From NCBI GenBank assembly GCA_051294375.1, contig CM119264.1:21403045-21467044 (forward strand): a stretch of 64,000 nt of DNA, written 5' to 3'. Position 1 is the first letter of the stretch, and each line of letters opens with the position of its first letter. Shown one piece after another: positions 27,134 to 40,423 of this stretch. The notes below the pieces were generated by a model. The model had not been told where the DNA came from. It saw nothing but the letters and a program-made list of their open reading frames with translations, and did not search any database. The translations under genes were made by a program, and so were the position numbers. The DNA is from Paraspadella gotoi. Lineage: Eukaryota; Animalia; Chaetognatha.

Positions 27134-27948
27134 AATTGAATCTCTCATCCCCTTAACGCGCCGTATTCCGTTTGTTTATGTTCCAGTTATCCCGATAATT
27201 TTTTCCCCGACTCGAGAGCTGGCGAAGGAAGACCGTATTTTTAGATGGGCTTCGCTTCGCTTCGTTTCTTTATTAATCCGCGCATCATTTGTTTTTTGTT
27301 TATCGTTTCCATGACAACGTTTAAACTTCATTTCAGCTCATTCAGGCGACGCGAGACAATTGAAACATGAGCGGCACCTTGCGACAAAAACTGCTCGTCA
27401 TAATCAAATTTTCTCAAGGTCTTATCGAGTTATCAAAGTAAAAGTAATAAATTCTGAAAATATAAAAGAATATTTTGACTTCAACTTGTTTATACCAATT
27501 TTTAGACAACTTTGCTCGCCTTCTTTTTTCGTTTTTGTTTATCCGTTTATTTCCAGCCGCATCTTTTTGTCAGCGAGAAATTTGTTGCAGTTTCTGCCAC
27601 TTCTGTTGCCACATTTGGCTGCTTCCAAAGAGCTATTTTTTTATTTTTTAGGTGAAAATACTTGTTGACTTTGACTGTTCTTTTAAATCTAATGGCTAAA
27701 TTTTTAAAATTAGTGTAAAGTATGAATAGAATAACGTTTATACTAATTTTAAAAATTTGTTATTCAGTTCGTTTATTCTTTAAAATTTACAAGATATAAT
27801 TCCATTCCACGATTATTTTTATATATGGTAAATTCCTAATACCGAAAATTTTCTTTTTTTTTTGTCTAAAATTGTTTTTATCATTTTGCCATAAATCCGA
27901 AAATTTAAAAAAAAAAACGTCGCTATTCTCTCGAGCAATTTTGTGAAC

Positions 27949-28350
27949 ATGAGATTTTCTCTCGTAGAAATCGTCGTCGTCGTCGTCGTCGTTCCCTTCG
28001 GCACGAGGATTCCCCGCAGTGTAACAAGCGGCGACGGTCGGGGCGACACTGGGGGCGGCAAAGGTGGTAGGGGCACAAAGGGTGGCGAAGGTGGGAAAGG
28101 TGGAAGGAGTGGCGAAGATTATAGGGGAAGAAGAGGTGGCAAAGGCGGAAAAGACCGAAGGTGTGGCGATAGTGGAAGGGGCCGGATTGGTGATAAGGTT
28201 GGCAGAGGCATGATAGGTGGTGAAGATGGTAAATGTGCAAAGGGTGGCGATAATAGCAAAGGGTGGCGACGGTGGAAAGGCGAGAACAGGTGGAAAAGGT
28301 GGCAGAAGCGGAAGTGGTGGCCAAAGTTGCAGGGCGAGGAGAGGTGGCTA
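27949..28350 (+). CDS. Candidate secreted Gly/Lys/Arg-rich (GGX repeat) protein; frame ambiguous
   Basis: Hydrophobic start MRFSLVEIVVVVVVVPFG is followed by GGK-GGR-GTK-GGE-GGK-GGR triplets with GGN third-position variation. One apparent indel lies near 28261, and the first in-frame TAA is at 28348. The Val run is partly a (GTC)n microsatellite. Confidence 0.35.
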
Positions 28351-30965
28351 AGGTGGCAGAGCGCCGAAAGGGTCGCCATAAGCTTGGCAGGCCGAGGAGA
28401 GGGTTGCTAAGGTGCTCAGCAGGCGGAAGGCGTGGCCAAGTTGCAGGGCCGAGGGATAGGTGGCTAAGGTGTCAGAGGCAGGAAGTGGTGGACATATAGG
28501 CCAAAAGTTGCAGGGCGAGGATGAGGTGCCTAAGGGGCAGAGGCGAAGGGTCGCCAAGTTGCAAGGGACGGGCCGAAGAGGTGCGCTAAGGTGTCATAAG
28601 GGGCTGGAAGGGGTGGCCAAAGTTGCCAGGGCAAGAGGAGGTGGTAAAGAGGTGGCCAGAGCGCGAGAAGGGGGTGGCCAAAGTTGCAAAAGGGCGAGCG
28701 AAGGTGCGCTAAGTCGTGGCGAGGTTTGGAAGGGGGTGCGCCAAAAGTTGCAGGGCCGATGGAGAGGTTCGCTAAGGTGTCAGAGGCGAAGGGGTGGCCA
28801 CATATGTTGCAGGGCCGAGGAGAGGCTGCTAAGGGTGTCAGAGCAGAAAGTGGGTGGCCAAAGTTGCAGGGCTGAAGGAGAGGTGGCTAAGGTGTCAGAG
28901 GCCGAAAATGGGGACCAAAGTTGCAGGGCGAGGAGAGGTGGCTAAGGTTGCAGAGGTGGAAGGGGTGGCCAAAGTTGCATGGCGAGGAGAGGTGGCTAGG
29001 TGGCAGAGGCGAAGGGGTGGCCATAAGTTTGCAGGGCGAGCTAGAGGTTGCTAAGGTGTCAGAGGCGGGAATGGGTGCTGGCCCAACAGTATGCACGGAG
29101 CGAAGGAGGACGGATTGTGCTGATAATGGTAGCTAGCAGAAGGCGGATACAGAGGTGGCCAACAGTTTGCAGGGGAGGAGAGGTGGCTAAGGTGGCAGAA
29201 GGCGAAAGGCGGTGAGCCAAAGTTGCAGGGCCGAGGAGAGTCTGGCTAAGGAGCTGGCAGAGGCGGAAGGGGTGGCCAAAGTTGCAGGCGAAGGAAGAGG
29301 TGGCTAAGGTGCAGAGGCGAGAAGTGGTGGCCAGTTGCAGGGCGAGGAGAGGTGGCTAATGGTGGCAGAAGCGCGGAATGGGTTGCCAAAGTTTGCAGGG
29401 CGAGGAGCAGGTTGCCTAAGGTGCAGCAGGCGGAAGAGGTGTGCCAAAGTTGCAGGGCGAGGAAAGAGGTGACTCTAGGTGACCAGAGGCGGAAGGGGTG
29501 GCCAAAGTTGCAAGGGCGAGGAGAAGTTTGGCTTAAAGGTGTCAGAGGCGGCAGAGAGGGTGGCATAATAGCTGGCTAGCAGGCGCAGGAAGAGGTGGCT
29601 TAAGGTGCGCAGAGGCGAGAAGCAGGCAGGTGGCCAAAGTTGCGGGAGGGAGAGGTTGCTAAAAGGTGCAGCAGGCGGAAGAGGGCGCCCAAAGTTGCAG
29701 TGAGGAGAGGTGGCTAAGGCTGAGCCAGATAGGCTCGCGAAGGGTGGCCAAAGGTTGGCTGGCGCAGGAGACAGGTTGCTAACGGTGCAGAGGCGAAAGG
29801 GTGGCTCAAAGTTGCAACGGGCGAGGAGAGGGTGGCTAAGGTGCAGAGGCGGAAGCGGGTGTGCCAAAAGTTTGATCTCCAACGGCGCAGGAGAGGTTGG
29901 CTAATGGTGAGCGAGGACTGGAAGAGGGCGGCCAATAGTTGGCCAGGGCGAGGAGAGAGTCGCTACTGGCTAAAGCTGACGAGTGCCGGAAGGCGGTGGC
30001 TTCAACTTTTGTCTAGGCGAGGAGACGTGTGGCAACGGTGGCAGAGGCGGAAGGGTGCCAAGTTTGCAGGGCGATAGGAGAGGTGGCCTAAGGTTGGCCA
30101 GAGGCGGAAGGTGCGTGGCCAAGTTGCATCAGGGCGAGGAAGAGGTGGCAAGGTGGCAGAGCGCGAAAGGGGTGGCCAACGTTGCAGGGCCGATGCGGCA
30201 GAGTGGCCATAACGGCTGGCAGCAGGCGAAAGGGGTGCGGCCAAAGTTGCCAGGCGAGGAGATCGGTGGCTAAAAATGGTGCGCAGAGGCGACAAGGGAT
30301 GTGGCCAAAGTTGCAGGGCGAGGAGAAGGGTGGCTAAGGGGCCAGCATGGCGAAAGGGGTGACGCCAAAGGCTTGCAGCCGGCCGAGGAGAGTTTCTCTA
30401 ACGGGTGTCAGAGGCGGAAGAGGTGGCCAAAGTTGCAGCAGGAGACGGTGGCCTAAGGCTGACAGAGGCGCTGAAGCGGTTGGCCAAAGTTGCAGGGCAA
30501 GGAGAGGTTGCTAACAGGTGGCAGAGCGCGAAAGGGGGTGGGCCACAAGCTCTGCAGGGCTGAGCGAGACGGTGGCTAAGTGGCCAGAGGCGAAAGCGGC
30601 GTGGCCAAAAGTTGCAGGCGCGGAGGCAGCAGGTGGCATAAGGATGGCAGAGGCGAAAGGGCGCGTGCGCCAAAGCTTTGCAAGGGCGACAGGAGAGGTT
30701 GCTAAGCGTGTCAGAGGCCGGAAGGGGTTCGGCCAAAGTTGCCAGGGCGGGATGAGGTGGGCCTAAGGTTGTCAGAGGCGCGATAGTGGTTGCGCCAAAG
30801 TTGACAGGGCGAGGAGAGGTGGCTAATGGTGGCACGAGGCGCAAACGGTGAGGTGACCAAGTTGCAGCGGCTGAGGAGAGGCTGGGCTAAAGCGCAGAGC
30901 GTGGAAGGGTGGCCAAAAGTTGCCAGGGCGAGCGAGAGGCTGGCCTAATGGTGCAGAGGCGAAAG
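28315..30965. repeat. 54-bp tandem array (two 27-bp subunits), about 2.6 kb
   Basis: Consensus GTGGCCAAAGTTGCAGGGCGAGGAGAG-GTGGCTAAGGTGGCAGAGGCGGAAGGG repeated throughout, with frequent 1-3 bp indels. Confidence 0.95.
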
Positions 30966-31099
30966 TGGTGGCTCGGCGCCGCGATGGGCGTATTCCCGGT
31001 GAAAGAGGCGGAGGAGCGGTTCCAACTTGAATCGATTCGACTGGAAAAAAGAATCGGTGAGTCTTTTGTCTTGGTGAGACCCATTTTTTCTTGATGGGG

Positions 31100-31163
<64 letters not shown>

Positions 31164-31363
31164 TATATCCCGTCTCCTTTTTCTTTTTTCTTCTCATCAG
31201 TCTTTTGTCTCCTTTTCTCATTGTGATTTGGATCATTCATGTCTCGAAAAAAAAAGACCATTTTTATCACATCGATCTGAAAATTTATTTTAGACGACTC
31301 TGACGTTCACAGTCAATATTCGAATAACTTCATCTTTTTTTTTGATTCGTCCAATATTTTCAG

Positions 31364-33623
31364 TCGCGTGAAAACTCGAACATGCAGATTGTCCGAAAGT
31401 TTGTCCCCCTTTCGATCCCAATCGCTCGTCGTCGGCCAAAAGATTTCCAGTCGTTCACACACCGTGGGAAACAGTTGAACCAAGGGTGAGTTAGAAAAGG
31501 AAAGGCTAAAATCTACATGGAAGACCCTAAGAGCAAAAATTTATAAAAATATATTTTCCGTTAGTTAATTTTATTATTATTTTCAAGCAGATTAATCCGT
31601 TTTCTAACTTGAGAATAATGAGGGAAAATCCAAATTACAAAAAAAACGAGCGAAAAGAAAAATAAACGCTGAAGAAAGAAAGAGAAAAAAAGAAGCTGAA
31701 TTCTCGTCACAACTCCGTTTTTCTCTCCTTTCTTTTTTCTCTCGATTTTTTTTCACGTTCCTCCCTTCTCCATTACCTTGGTTAATTTTCCTTTTCCTCC
31801 CTTCCTCTTCGAAACGCCATCGTCGCATCGTCTTATCCTCTCCCTGCCTTTCATCCCTTCTTGTCCTCTTTACCCCTCAGACAAAAAGTGTCTTTCCACT
31901 GTCCCCTTCAATGTCCCGGCGGCGAGCGGGCCCTTCGTTTTTCGCGGCGACGAGTGTCGAACTAATTACGAGTGCAAAGCGGAAGGCGTGATTTCCGAAT
32001 ATATTTTGCATAACTCTTCATCTACTGAGTGAAAACTTTTTTCTATAATTTTTATAGCATTTAAAAGTTTTTTTAATTTTAAAATATTTTTTTAACATTA
32101 ATTTTATACTCACATTTCCCCTTGTTTCACTCGGGACAAAAATAAATATTTTTTCATCCATTTTTCTGACACTTTTAATTTTTGAAAATAACTTTATATA
32201 TATTTTTAGTGCTGAAATAATTTTTATAATTTCGCTTTTCCAATTTTAATGAGAAACTCTGTAAAAGTCACTCCTTTTTTTTTCTCATTCAGTTTTCCCC
32301 GTCTTTTCCGCCCTCTCCCCCCACACACGCAAAAACAGTTCTTGTCGAAAGTGCGAGACGGAAATCCGCGTTTCCCCATTCAAAGGCGGCGCCAACTGTA
32401 CTTCGGCCTACAAATGCGAGAAGGAACGAGAGATACAGTTGAGTCCGGTTATAAATCTTTTGCTTTGCGTCTCTATTTTTTTTTCTATCGGGAAAGGAAG
32501 ACTAAATATTTTTTTATTATTAAATATGTACATTTAATAACAGGTACAGTTTTAATTTAAAAAGATATAACGACAGATGACAGTACATGGAATTATTTTA
32601 GTCATTTAATACAATCTAAATTTTGATGGTTTCAAGTCACCCACTGGAAATTTTTATCAATTAATTTAACTTTTCTACTCATTCCATTTCATTCATTCTT
32701 ATCCATTTTTAACCGCAACGCCCCCCCCGCCCCCTAGAATTTTTTACTTCTCAGTCGATCTGTCCTGCGGGCAACATTCATTGAAAGATCGGACAGAGAT
32801 GTACGCCCGAACCGAGGAGCGCGGACTAAAAGTTTGCGGCTTCGAAAGAGGTCTTCGAATGCACTGCAATGTCGTGTGTCTATTATGAAAAAAGTGTTTA
32901 TGTCAACCAGGTATACTGGGAGTGAATAAACGAGACTGTGAGAGAGTCTTGATTGAAAGCTTGCAGGGACTTGCTATGTCATTATCTTGTAAGAGTGATG
33001 GAGGCCTTAAACCACCAAAGCCTGTCCAAAGTAAGGGGCAGGATAGCTTATTTATTAAATGAATGGATAATTTTTATATTGGTTGTACCAATTTCATATG
33101 AATATGGATTGTTATGTTCTTTGTTGTCTTTCTTTGATTTTGTTTGTCTTTTCGTTCAGTCCAATGGAACCGAGGAACTACAAAGGCTTCACGTGAGGTT
33201 GAGTCCGAATGCGAATCGTAGTTAGTTTAAAGAAGATTATAACTTAACATCATGGAAATAAGGACTCCAACTTGACAACAACGAAGAGAAAGATGCGATC
33301 AGAATCAATTCAACGGGCGGACAGGAGAAAACGTCGAGGACTCCGACGACGACGACGATGACGACGACGATGACGATGACGGAATAATCAATTGACCATC
33401 TATTGTTTTTTTTTTTTCTTTTCTTTTTTTTTCAGGTTATTATCCTTGCGAGGGTCAGGGCGTGAAGGACGCCCGCGGCTGTGAACTCTGTGACCCTCAC
33501 TGCTGCTGTCGATGTCCGGTGCGAACGGAAATTCGATGCAGAAAATGCGAGAAGAAAATCGAGAGGAAAGCGCGGGGCGGCGCCAGACGGGAGAGACGGT
33601 ACACGGGGTCAGGCAATGGTTGA
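31364..33623 (+). CDS. Putative multi-exon Cys-rich extracellular protein (antistasin/vWC-like repeats), partial; exon frames uncertain
   Basis: GC-rich blocks follow CAG acceptors at 31364 (DCPKVCPPFD; GTGAGT donor at 31486), 31881 (KKCL...GDECRTNYECK), 32339 (SCRKCETEIRVSPFKGGANCTSAYKCEK), 32755 and 33436. Confidence 0.45.
32907..33098. repeat. Interspersed repeat family D (about 190 bp, unclassified)
   Basis: Near-identical to 50015-50206. Partial copies at 4904-4982 and, inverted, 42823-42858. Confidence 0.85.
33436..33623 (+). CDS. Cys-rich exon with antistasin-like C-x-x-x-G-x-x-D-x-x-G-C-x-x-C motif
   Basis: Strong poly-T CAG acceptor, then YYPCEGQGVKDARGCELCDPHCCCRCPVRTEIRCRKCEKKIERKARGGARRERRYTGSGNG-TGA. 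Confidence 0.6.
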
Positions 33624-34154
33624 GGACGTATTGTCTGATTGACATTAAGGAAAGTAATGTAAGAACCGTCCGAAAAAGCGAGTGAATAATCAAAATTAAA
33701 AAAGTAAAATAGTTTTCTTTATTATTACTTAAGTACACCAAACGCTTTTCTATAAATATTTTTAAAAAATCAATTGAATAACGACCGCTTAAATAAATTG
33801 TTTTTCTAATGGCTAAAAATAGGTAATTTCATAATTGATAATATTCATCATTGACAATTTCATAATTGATTAACCTCGATATATCTCCTCTGAAAACTAA
33901 TCAACAGAATACAATTTTTAATGGTTTATTGTAGTAAGACTAACTTAGGTAGTTTTTTCTTTCGATTCTTTTATTCCTTGTGATATATCAGCTCTTATCT
34001 CTACCACACAAATTTTGACTATTTTAATGCGATCACAAAAACGGTCCCTAACCCTGCCGCCAATGGCGCCACAGACACCGTTGTTACGGCTGCCACTGAC
34101 GCTGCCACCGACGATACCGCAAACGCCACCCACGCAGCAAAACCGCCATCGACG

Positions 34155-34243
34155 CCGCCATCTATGGCACTACCACTCGCTGCCACCATCTATGGCACTA
34201 CAACTCGCTGCCGCCATCTATGGCACTACCACTCGCTGCCACC
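34155..34243. repeat. 28-bp minisatellite, about 3 copies
   Basis: CCATCTATGGCACTACCACTCGCTGCC(A/G) repeated with 28-bp period. Confidence 0.9.
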
Positions 34244-35940
34244 GTCTTAAAACGTCTAGCGCGATAAAACGTTTTTGCCGCGAAAAAAAAGGAAAATAAA
34301 ATAGAAATAAAAAATGAGAAAAAAAAGAGGACACGAAGCCAAAGAAATATGCGGCTTCACGGGGTTGACTCTGTTGACGGGGGTGAGGCTGCGTCTCGGG
34401 GTGAGAAAAAACTGAGGATTTAAAGTAGGGGTCGGAGCACCGCTTGATTCCAGCGGGGATGTAAATTTTAGACGTAACTAACATTTTATAAAATAATTAC
34501 CATAACAATTGAACGAAATATGCTCACAATTCTTTGCGCATAATTTAAAACGATTAAATTAATATGATTTTTTCCTTCTCTTTATTTCTTTGTTATTTCC
34601 CTTGCGGATCTTTCTGAAAACAAAAGGCTCTTAAATTGTTTTGTTGAAAAAAAGTTTTAAATTTTACTTGAACATTTAGATTTTATATATAGAAGTATTA
34701 CAGTAGCTAACATCTAGGAAAAGATTGTAAACAAAGCCTTCATCTTATATTCGTCATGCATTATACCTCTTGGAGATATAAAATTTGGTGCGACTTTGTT
34801 TTTGATCCATGTTAAATTATATAAAGCCTGTTCATCCTATGGCCGACGCATGGAACGCACGACCCTTGAGTCAGAAAATAATAAACATTTTCTACAGTGC
34901 AAAATTTGGTTCCTGAAGGCTTATTCGTTTCCTAAATTTGATTCTTCATGAATAATTATGGTTATAAAGGGGCACTTTTAATTGTAAACGTAAAGTTTTA
35001 TTATCCGAAAATAATAACGAGCAACATTGGCAAAAATTACATTGTTTAAATATCTCGCGATCGGACCTGATCGAAAGCAATGGTAATTTTTACCCTTACG
35101 CTTGATCCGGTTGTTTGTTTAAACGTACAAAAATGCAAATAAACGAATTAATAATTACAATCAACCATTATGAAATATATCTCAAACGAAAGGTACAATT
35201 TTGTAGATTCTAGAAATACAATGATATTAATTGTACATAAAAGACTTTACAAGTGACGGCGAAAAACATATCAATTTACAAGGAATTCAATATCTTTGAG
35301 TCTGTGCTATTTCCTTGCGTTTCTTGATTCGTCTGTTTTCACCGGCTCGGCCATGAGCGCTGAGGCGGACTTTTATTACCCTTGTCGCTGATCCGCTTGA
35401 GACAGCGTCTTCAGTTAAAAGAAACCTTATGCCATTGAATTGAAAAACGGCTAGAAATGGTCAAATAAGGTCACGTGAAAAGACTGACTATTTGCTAACA
35501 ATATTATATTATCTGTTTTGTTTAGATTTTTTTAAAATCTTTTCGTAGTATCTTTCTAAATCTCGAAGCATAAAGAAACCGTCGAAAAATGTAGAATAAA
35601 TTGTGTATTATTGGTCTTTTCCTCGATCAATGGCAAATCAATGAAATTATTAATAAATATTTGTAATAAATCCTTTGAATCTGTAAAAACTACGGTTCCA
35701 GACGGCTGATCTTTCTTTAAAAATGATTCTGATCATATAACAAGTGACGATGTTTTCGGCCGAAAGAAAGCCACGAGAAAGCGACTTAAACGGTGAAAAG
35801 ACTGGTCTGGTAATGCCAACTCAAATGACTAAAAAATGTTAAGACATTCCAAGCAGGCGACATCGAATGCTCGTCTCTGCAGTCGTGAAAAAAACCATTT
35901 TTACAGAGGAAGCTAGTTTATGTTGTAAGTGCTGTTTTAA

Positions 35941-36102
35941 AAGGTGAAAAAATTCAAAGACAGTTTTAAATTAAAAAGTTTTTATTTTTGTTTACAAATA
36001 TAATTGGTATGAAAAACGGACATTTTTTGGCTATATTATTAGCTTTCATCAGCGCAAAATTTCGATTTGAAATTTTCAGATTTTTTGCCAAAAAGTAATG
36101 GT

Positions 36103-36149
<47 letters not shown>

Positions 36150-36262
36150 AGAGAGAGAGAGAAAAAATAAGGCTAACAGTATAGTCAAAACATGTCCGTT
36201 TCTCATACTAATTACATTCATTGTATGAAACAAAAATCAAAACTTTTTACTTTAATTCTACC
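35941..36262. mobile_element. Small TTAA-flanked MITE (Kolobok-like) enclosing a (GA)n tract
   Basis: AATTGGTATGAAAAACGGACAT..GGCTATATTATTAGC is inverted as GCTAACAGTATAGTC..ATGTCCGTTTCTCATACTAATT. Ends are TTAA-AAGGT and ACC-TTAA. Confidence 0.45.
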
Positions 36263-36661
36263 TTAACAAAAAAATGAAAGAAATAAGAGACTATTTTAAA
36301 GTTTGATAAGCACGTAATTCTTTCGTTTCATTTCCCCCCCAAAAATAACTTTTAAACTAAAACATACAGTGATGACCTTTTGATTTACATTGACAAAGAT
36401 ACATATTGAAAACATTTTAAATGGATGACTTTGTTAATGTTCTTGATTGTATGACGCTATGCCATAATTCTCTTGTTAGCAATAACATTTGAAATAAATT
36501 TGTTGTTTAGTTTTTTGTTAGAAGTTAGGGAATTAGAATATTTAGATAACAATTATTTTATAAAAGTTGGTAATTTAGAGGGTATTTAGATAGTATAGAT
36601 TACTTTTAACTAGTTTAGCATTAGATATAGTCATTATTTATAATAGTTGATCTAAAATTTC

Positions 36662-36907
36662 TAATTTTTGTCATTTTTTTGGATAAGGCGCTTCGTGGGC
36701 TGAAGATGACTGTCCGTAACTTCTATAACCCCCTCTAGCAGCCATGGAACGGGTCCCTGGGCTTGGAACCAGGCTTGAGGGTTTGCCATGCCCCCAAGGC
36801 GGCTTACGGCCGTCCTCACGCTTCCCGCAGGGTAGGTACCGGGTTGGGATTGAACCCGGTACCTAGTGGTCATGAGCTGATGGCTTTACTCAATGAGCCA
36901 CCGGGTC
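36662..36907 (-). mobile_element. tRNA-derived SINE (family 1)
   Basis: Minus strand has A-box-like TGGCTCATTGAG, B-box GGTTCAATCCC (36846-36856), a GC-rich body and an A-rich tail. A related fragment GGTTCAATCCCAACCC lies at about 42315. Confidence 0.6.
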
Positions 36908-37680
36908 ACAACTGAAAGTGTCATGATTCCAGGCGGGGTGAACCTAGGCAATGCCCGACTACATTTTAGTTTTTTCGACCTAATTTGCATATTACAGTAG
37001 ATTTTATCGGATGGCGCAAAGAATAGGGTATTTCATTGGGCTAAATGGTGCTTAAAAATCTTGTAATTATACTACTACGTCATTTAAAAACGTCCCCACT
37101 GGGATTGTAAATAAAATAGTTTTATTTTAGGTATTGCTCCTCCCCCTATTTAAAGAAGTTTCTTTCTTCCACTCTCTCTCTCATTTTCTCCTTTCCTCTT
37201 TCCTCTTTCCTCTTTTCTCTTTCCTCTTTCCTTTCTTCTCTCTTTTTCCGTTATTTTTCTTTCATTTTCTTTCATATTCTCTTTTAAAATTTAATTCATT
37301 CACTTTGTCATGTTCTTACGGAGTAAAGCTCAATGAAGTATAAATATAATGAAAAATAGTTTAATATCACAAAAAAAAGAAATTTTAAAAACCGTTAAAA
37401 AGCGCGAGTTGGGATTGTGAAAAATGCGGACATGGAAAAGCAAATGGAGTATGACGACGATGAAAACGAAGACGACGACGACGACGAAGACAAAAAGACG
37501 ACGACGATAATGCCGCGGAGGAGTAGGTATTAGGAGGAAGAGGAGAGAGGAGGGAGATGGAATCAGTGGGCGAAGGAATGAGAAAAAAAAATTCCGAGGA
37601 AAGTTGAGAGGAAACCGGAAGGAAAAATCATCCGCCGGAGGCATAAATCAGAAACTCAAGTCCCTTTCTTAACACGACGC

Positions 37681-37800
<120 letters not shown>

Positions 37801-38033
37801 AAATGTGTAGTTGCGAGAAAATAAAATTTTCCTTCTCTTTCTTCTTTAATTTAAAAAAAAGAAAGGAGAGAGGAAAAAAAGAAAAGGAGGCAATTTTATT
37901 ATTTTATTCCGACTTTTTTTGCGCTTTTTCATTCAATTTCTTTTTTTATATATTTTTTCTCACTTTCGCGGCCGACGAATTGAAAGCGAGCGAGGAATTT
38001 GAAAGACGAGAGAGAGAGAAGAGAGACGAGAGA

Positions 38034-38081
<48 letters not shown>

Positions 38082-39061
38082 TGAAAAAAGGATAAAAGTT
38101 GGGAGAGTGAAAAACGAGACGGGATCTGGGGAAAGTAAAGTGGCATCCCTTTAAAGTTAAAACGCCGGCGACGGGGAAGCTTTTTTCGAGAGCGAGCGAA
38201 CGCCGATAAGTCGAAACGGTCGTGGATGGGGAGGTGGCAAGAAGGGGTGTTTATGGGGTGGGTGCTTGGTACAGATTTTTATGAGAGAATAGTGAGTAGC
38301 ATAAAATACTTTATATTGTGGTTTGAGAAGGGTTTACGATGGGAATGATTTAAAACTACTGTATGTGGTCGAGACTAAATTCTAATTGCTCTCCCTTTTT
38401 TCTCTCTCATACGTTTTTTTTTCTTTTACATTAATTTTTTAACGCTCACTACTTTTTAGTAATGCGTCCATTGTTATCCTGTAGGCCTATAAGATGTGGT
38501 GAAATATAATTACTGCTAGGGTGCTGAATTCCGACCCGAAATAATTAATGCTTAGTGCTTGCTCATTAAAATAACTAATTACTCTCCTAATCGATTTGAG
38601 ATTTCGTTAATTTTGGGAGGGTATGAGTTGTTCAATTTTTCGAAAACACGAATCAGCCACACCCTGGATGCTGCAACAGTTGTGGCAGTCACCGGAAGTT
38701 GCGGTAGCGCAAAAGACGCAGATGTCGATATCGTCAGCGAATATCGGCTGAAGTTGAAAAAAAAAAAAAACGGGGACGAGATGAGTGACAGAGCTGACTG
38801 CTAATTTCTGACACATACCTGATTACTGATAGAGCTTTGATTACTGATAGAAAACGTTCTGTAAATTTGTATTGAGTGTTTTGAGCTCTGAGAAACAAAT
38901 GTAAATTTTTCCTTAAATTTTTCCAATTCGTAAAGCGTGAAGGTTAAGTCAGAAATTAAATATTTTCCCCCAAAAAAATAGACGAACTCTTGAAATCTGA
39001 GTTTTACGAGAAGTCTCCGGGAAAAGTGGTAATATAATCTTTTTTTTTACTATCAGACACA

Positions 39062-39093
<32 letters not shown>

Positions 39094-39104
39094 ATATATA
39101 TTAA

Positions 39105-39711
39105 GGCGTAGTGAAAGTTACATACGAAAATTCTAAAAGTCAATTATGAACAACATACCATCAGTGAACATTAATTTTTAAACAAAATTAATTTTCTGTT
39201 TTTTAATTTTCACAGTAGGCTATATTTATATTTAGTACTATCCTTATAAAATCGAAAAATTTTAAAATAGGCTTTTTTAAATTTTGATTGCAGATTTGAA
39301 TTCCTCGTCAAAAGTTGATAAAAGAAAATATAAATCATTTTTAAAAATACTTTCATTAAGTGGGTTAAAAATTTTAAAAATTATATTTAATATATAAAAA
39401 GTTAATTTTTAGCTTAAAATATAGCTTTTTCTAATTTTTTTACCCCTTTAATGAAGGAATTTTTCAAAAAGAGTTATATTTCTTTTTATAAACTTTTTAT
39501 GATAAATCCAAATCCGTAAAAAATCTTAGAAAAAAACTGTTTTGAAATTTTAACATTTATTGGTTTAGTATTAGTATAAATATGACCTACTGCGTAAATT
39601 GTAAAATTTATTATAATTTTTTTTATTACATAAATGTTCATTAGTATAATGTTGTTCGTTCCTCACTTTTAGAATTTTAATTAAAGTTAAATTTAAAAAT
39701 TTTACTACGCC
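39105..39711. mobile_element. Complete MITE family C (Kolobok-like: TTAA TSD, GG..CC termini)
   Basis: TTAA|GGCGTAGT ... ACTACGCC|TTAA, with the whole interior imperfectly palindromic and no ORF. An internal piece of the family also lies at about 49575-49915. Confidence 0.75.
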
Positions 39712-40383
39712 TTAATATATATATATACCTAGCATCTATATTATCATAAGGAAAACCTTCAATTCAAGGCTGCGATTGCAACATGCACCTAGCACTCCTC
39801 CGCTCACATTTTCTCTTTCGAAAAAAAAAAATCTAGAGCAAAACACCGGAACAACTCCGATTTTGAAAATTACCCGTTTGCCAATAACAAAACTCTGGGA
39901 CGACGAAGAAACAAAAGCAGAGCAACGACGAAGCTGAAGTCAACAATAACGACAGGAAAGAACAACGACAACAACAACACCCAAAGGCCAATAACAAGCA
40001 TCGAAGCCGATGACAGCGGAAGCCTCTGACAACTCGGGTCACAAACTCTTTCAAGCTCCGCCGAGTAAGTGCGTGCGTTCGCTGCGCCCGCGTGTGTATG
40101 TGTTTCCGAGGTGCGCCCGCGAATAGTTCCGTATACGTATACGTATACGTACATATACGGTTTTGAAAAAGACTGTAATTTTTGCGAGTTCGGCAGGTTC
40201 AAAAGAGTTAGAATGTATACGGTAATCAAAACTGTTTTTAAATAAAATAATGTGGACGCAACTCTGAAACTTGTTGCGTCCAAAATAAGCTTTAATTTAA
40301 ACCATCGACTGGAAGGACAGGAGTAGATTTAACAACAACGACAACGACAAAGACAACGACAACGACAAAGACAACGACAACGG

Positions 40384-40423
<40 letters not shown>

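Noticed and set aside
28315-30965. CRISPR-like array
   Set aside because: Units are contiguous repeats with no unique spacers, there are no cas genes, and the context is eukaryotic.
28315-30965. TAA reassigned to Gln (TAA aligns with CAA between subunits; four candidate genes end in TGA)
   Set aside because: The MFS gene and the 11.7 kb exon use only CAA/CAG for all Gln and have no in-frame TAR, so the standard code fits.
36830-36907. Functional tRNA-Met gene
   Set aside because: A and B boxes are present but the cloverleaf is poor, and the sequence continues into a SINE-like body and tail.
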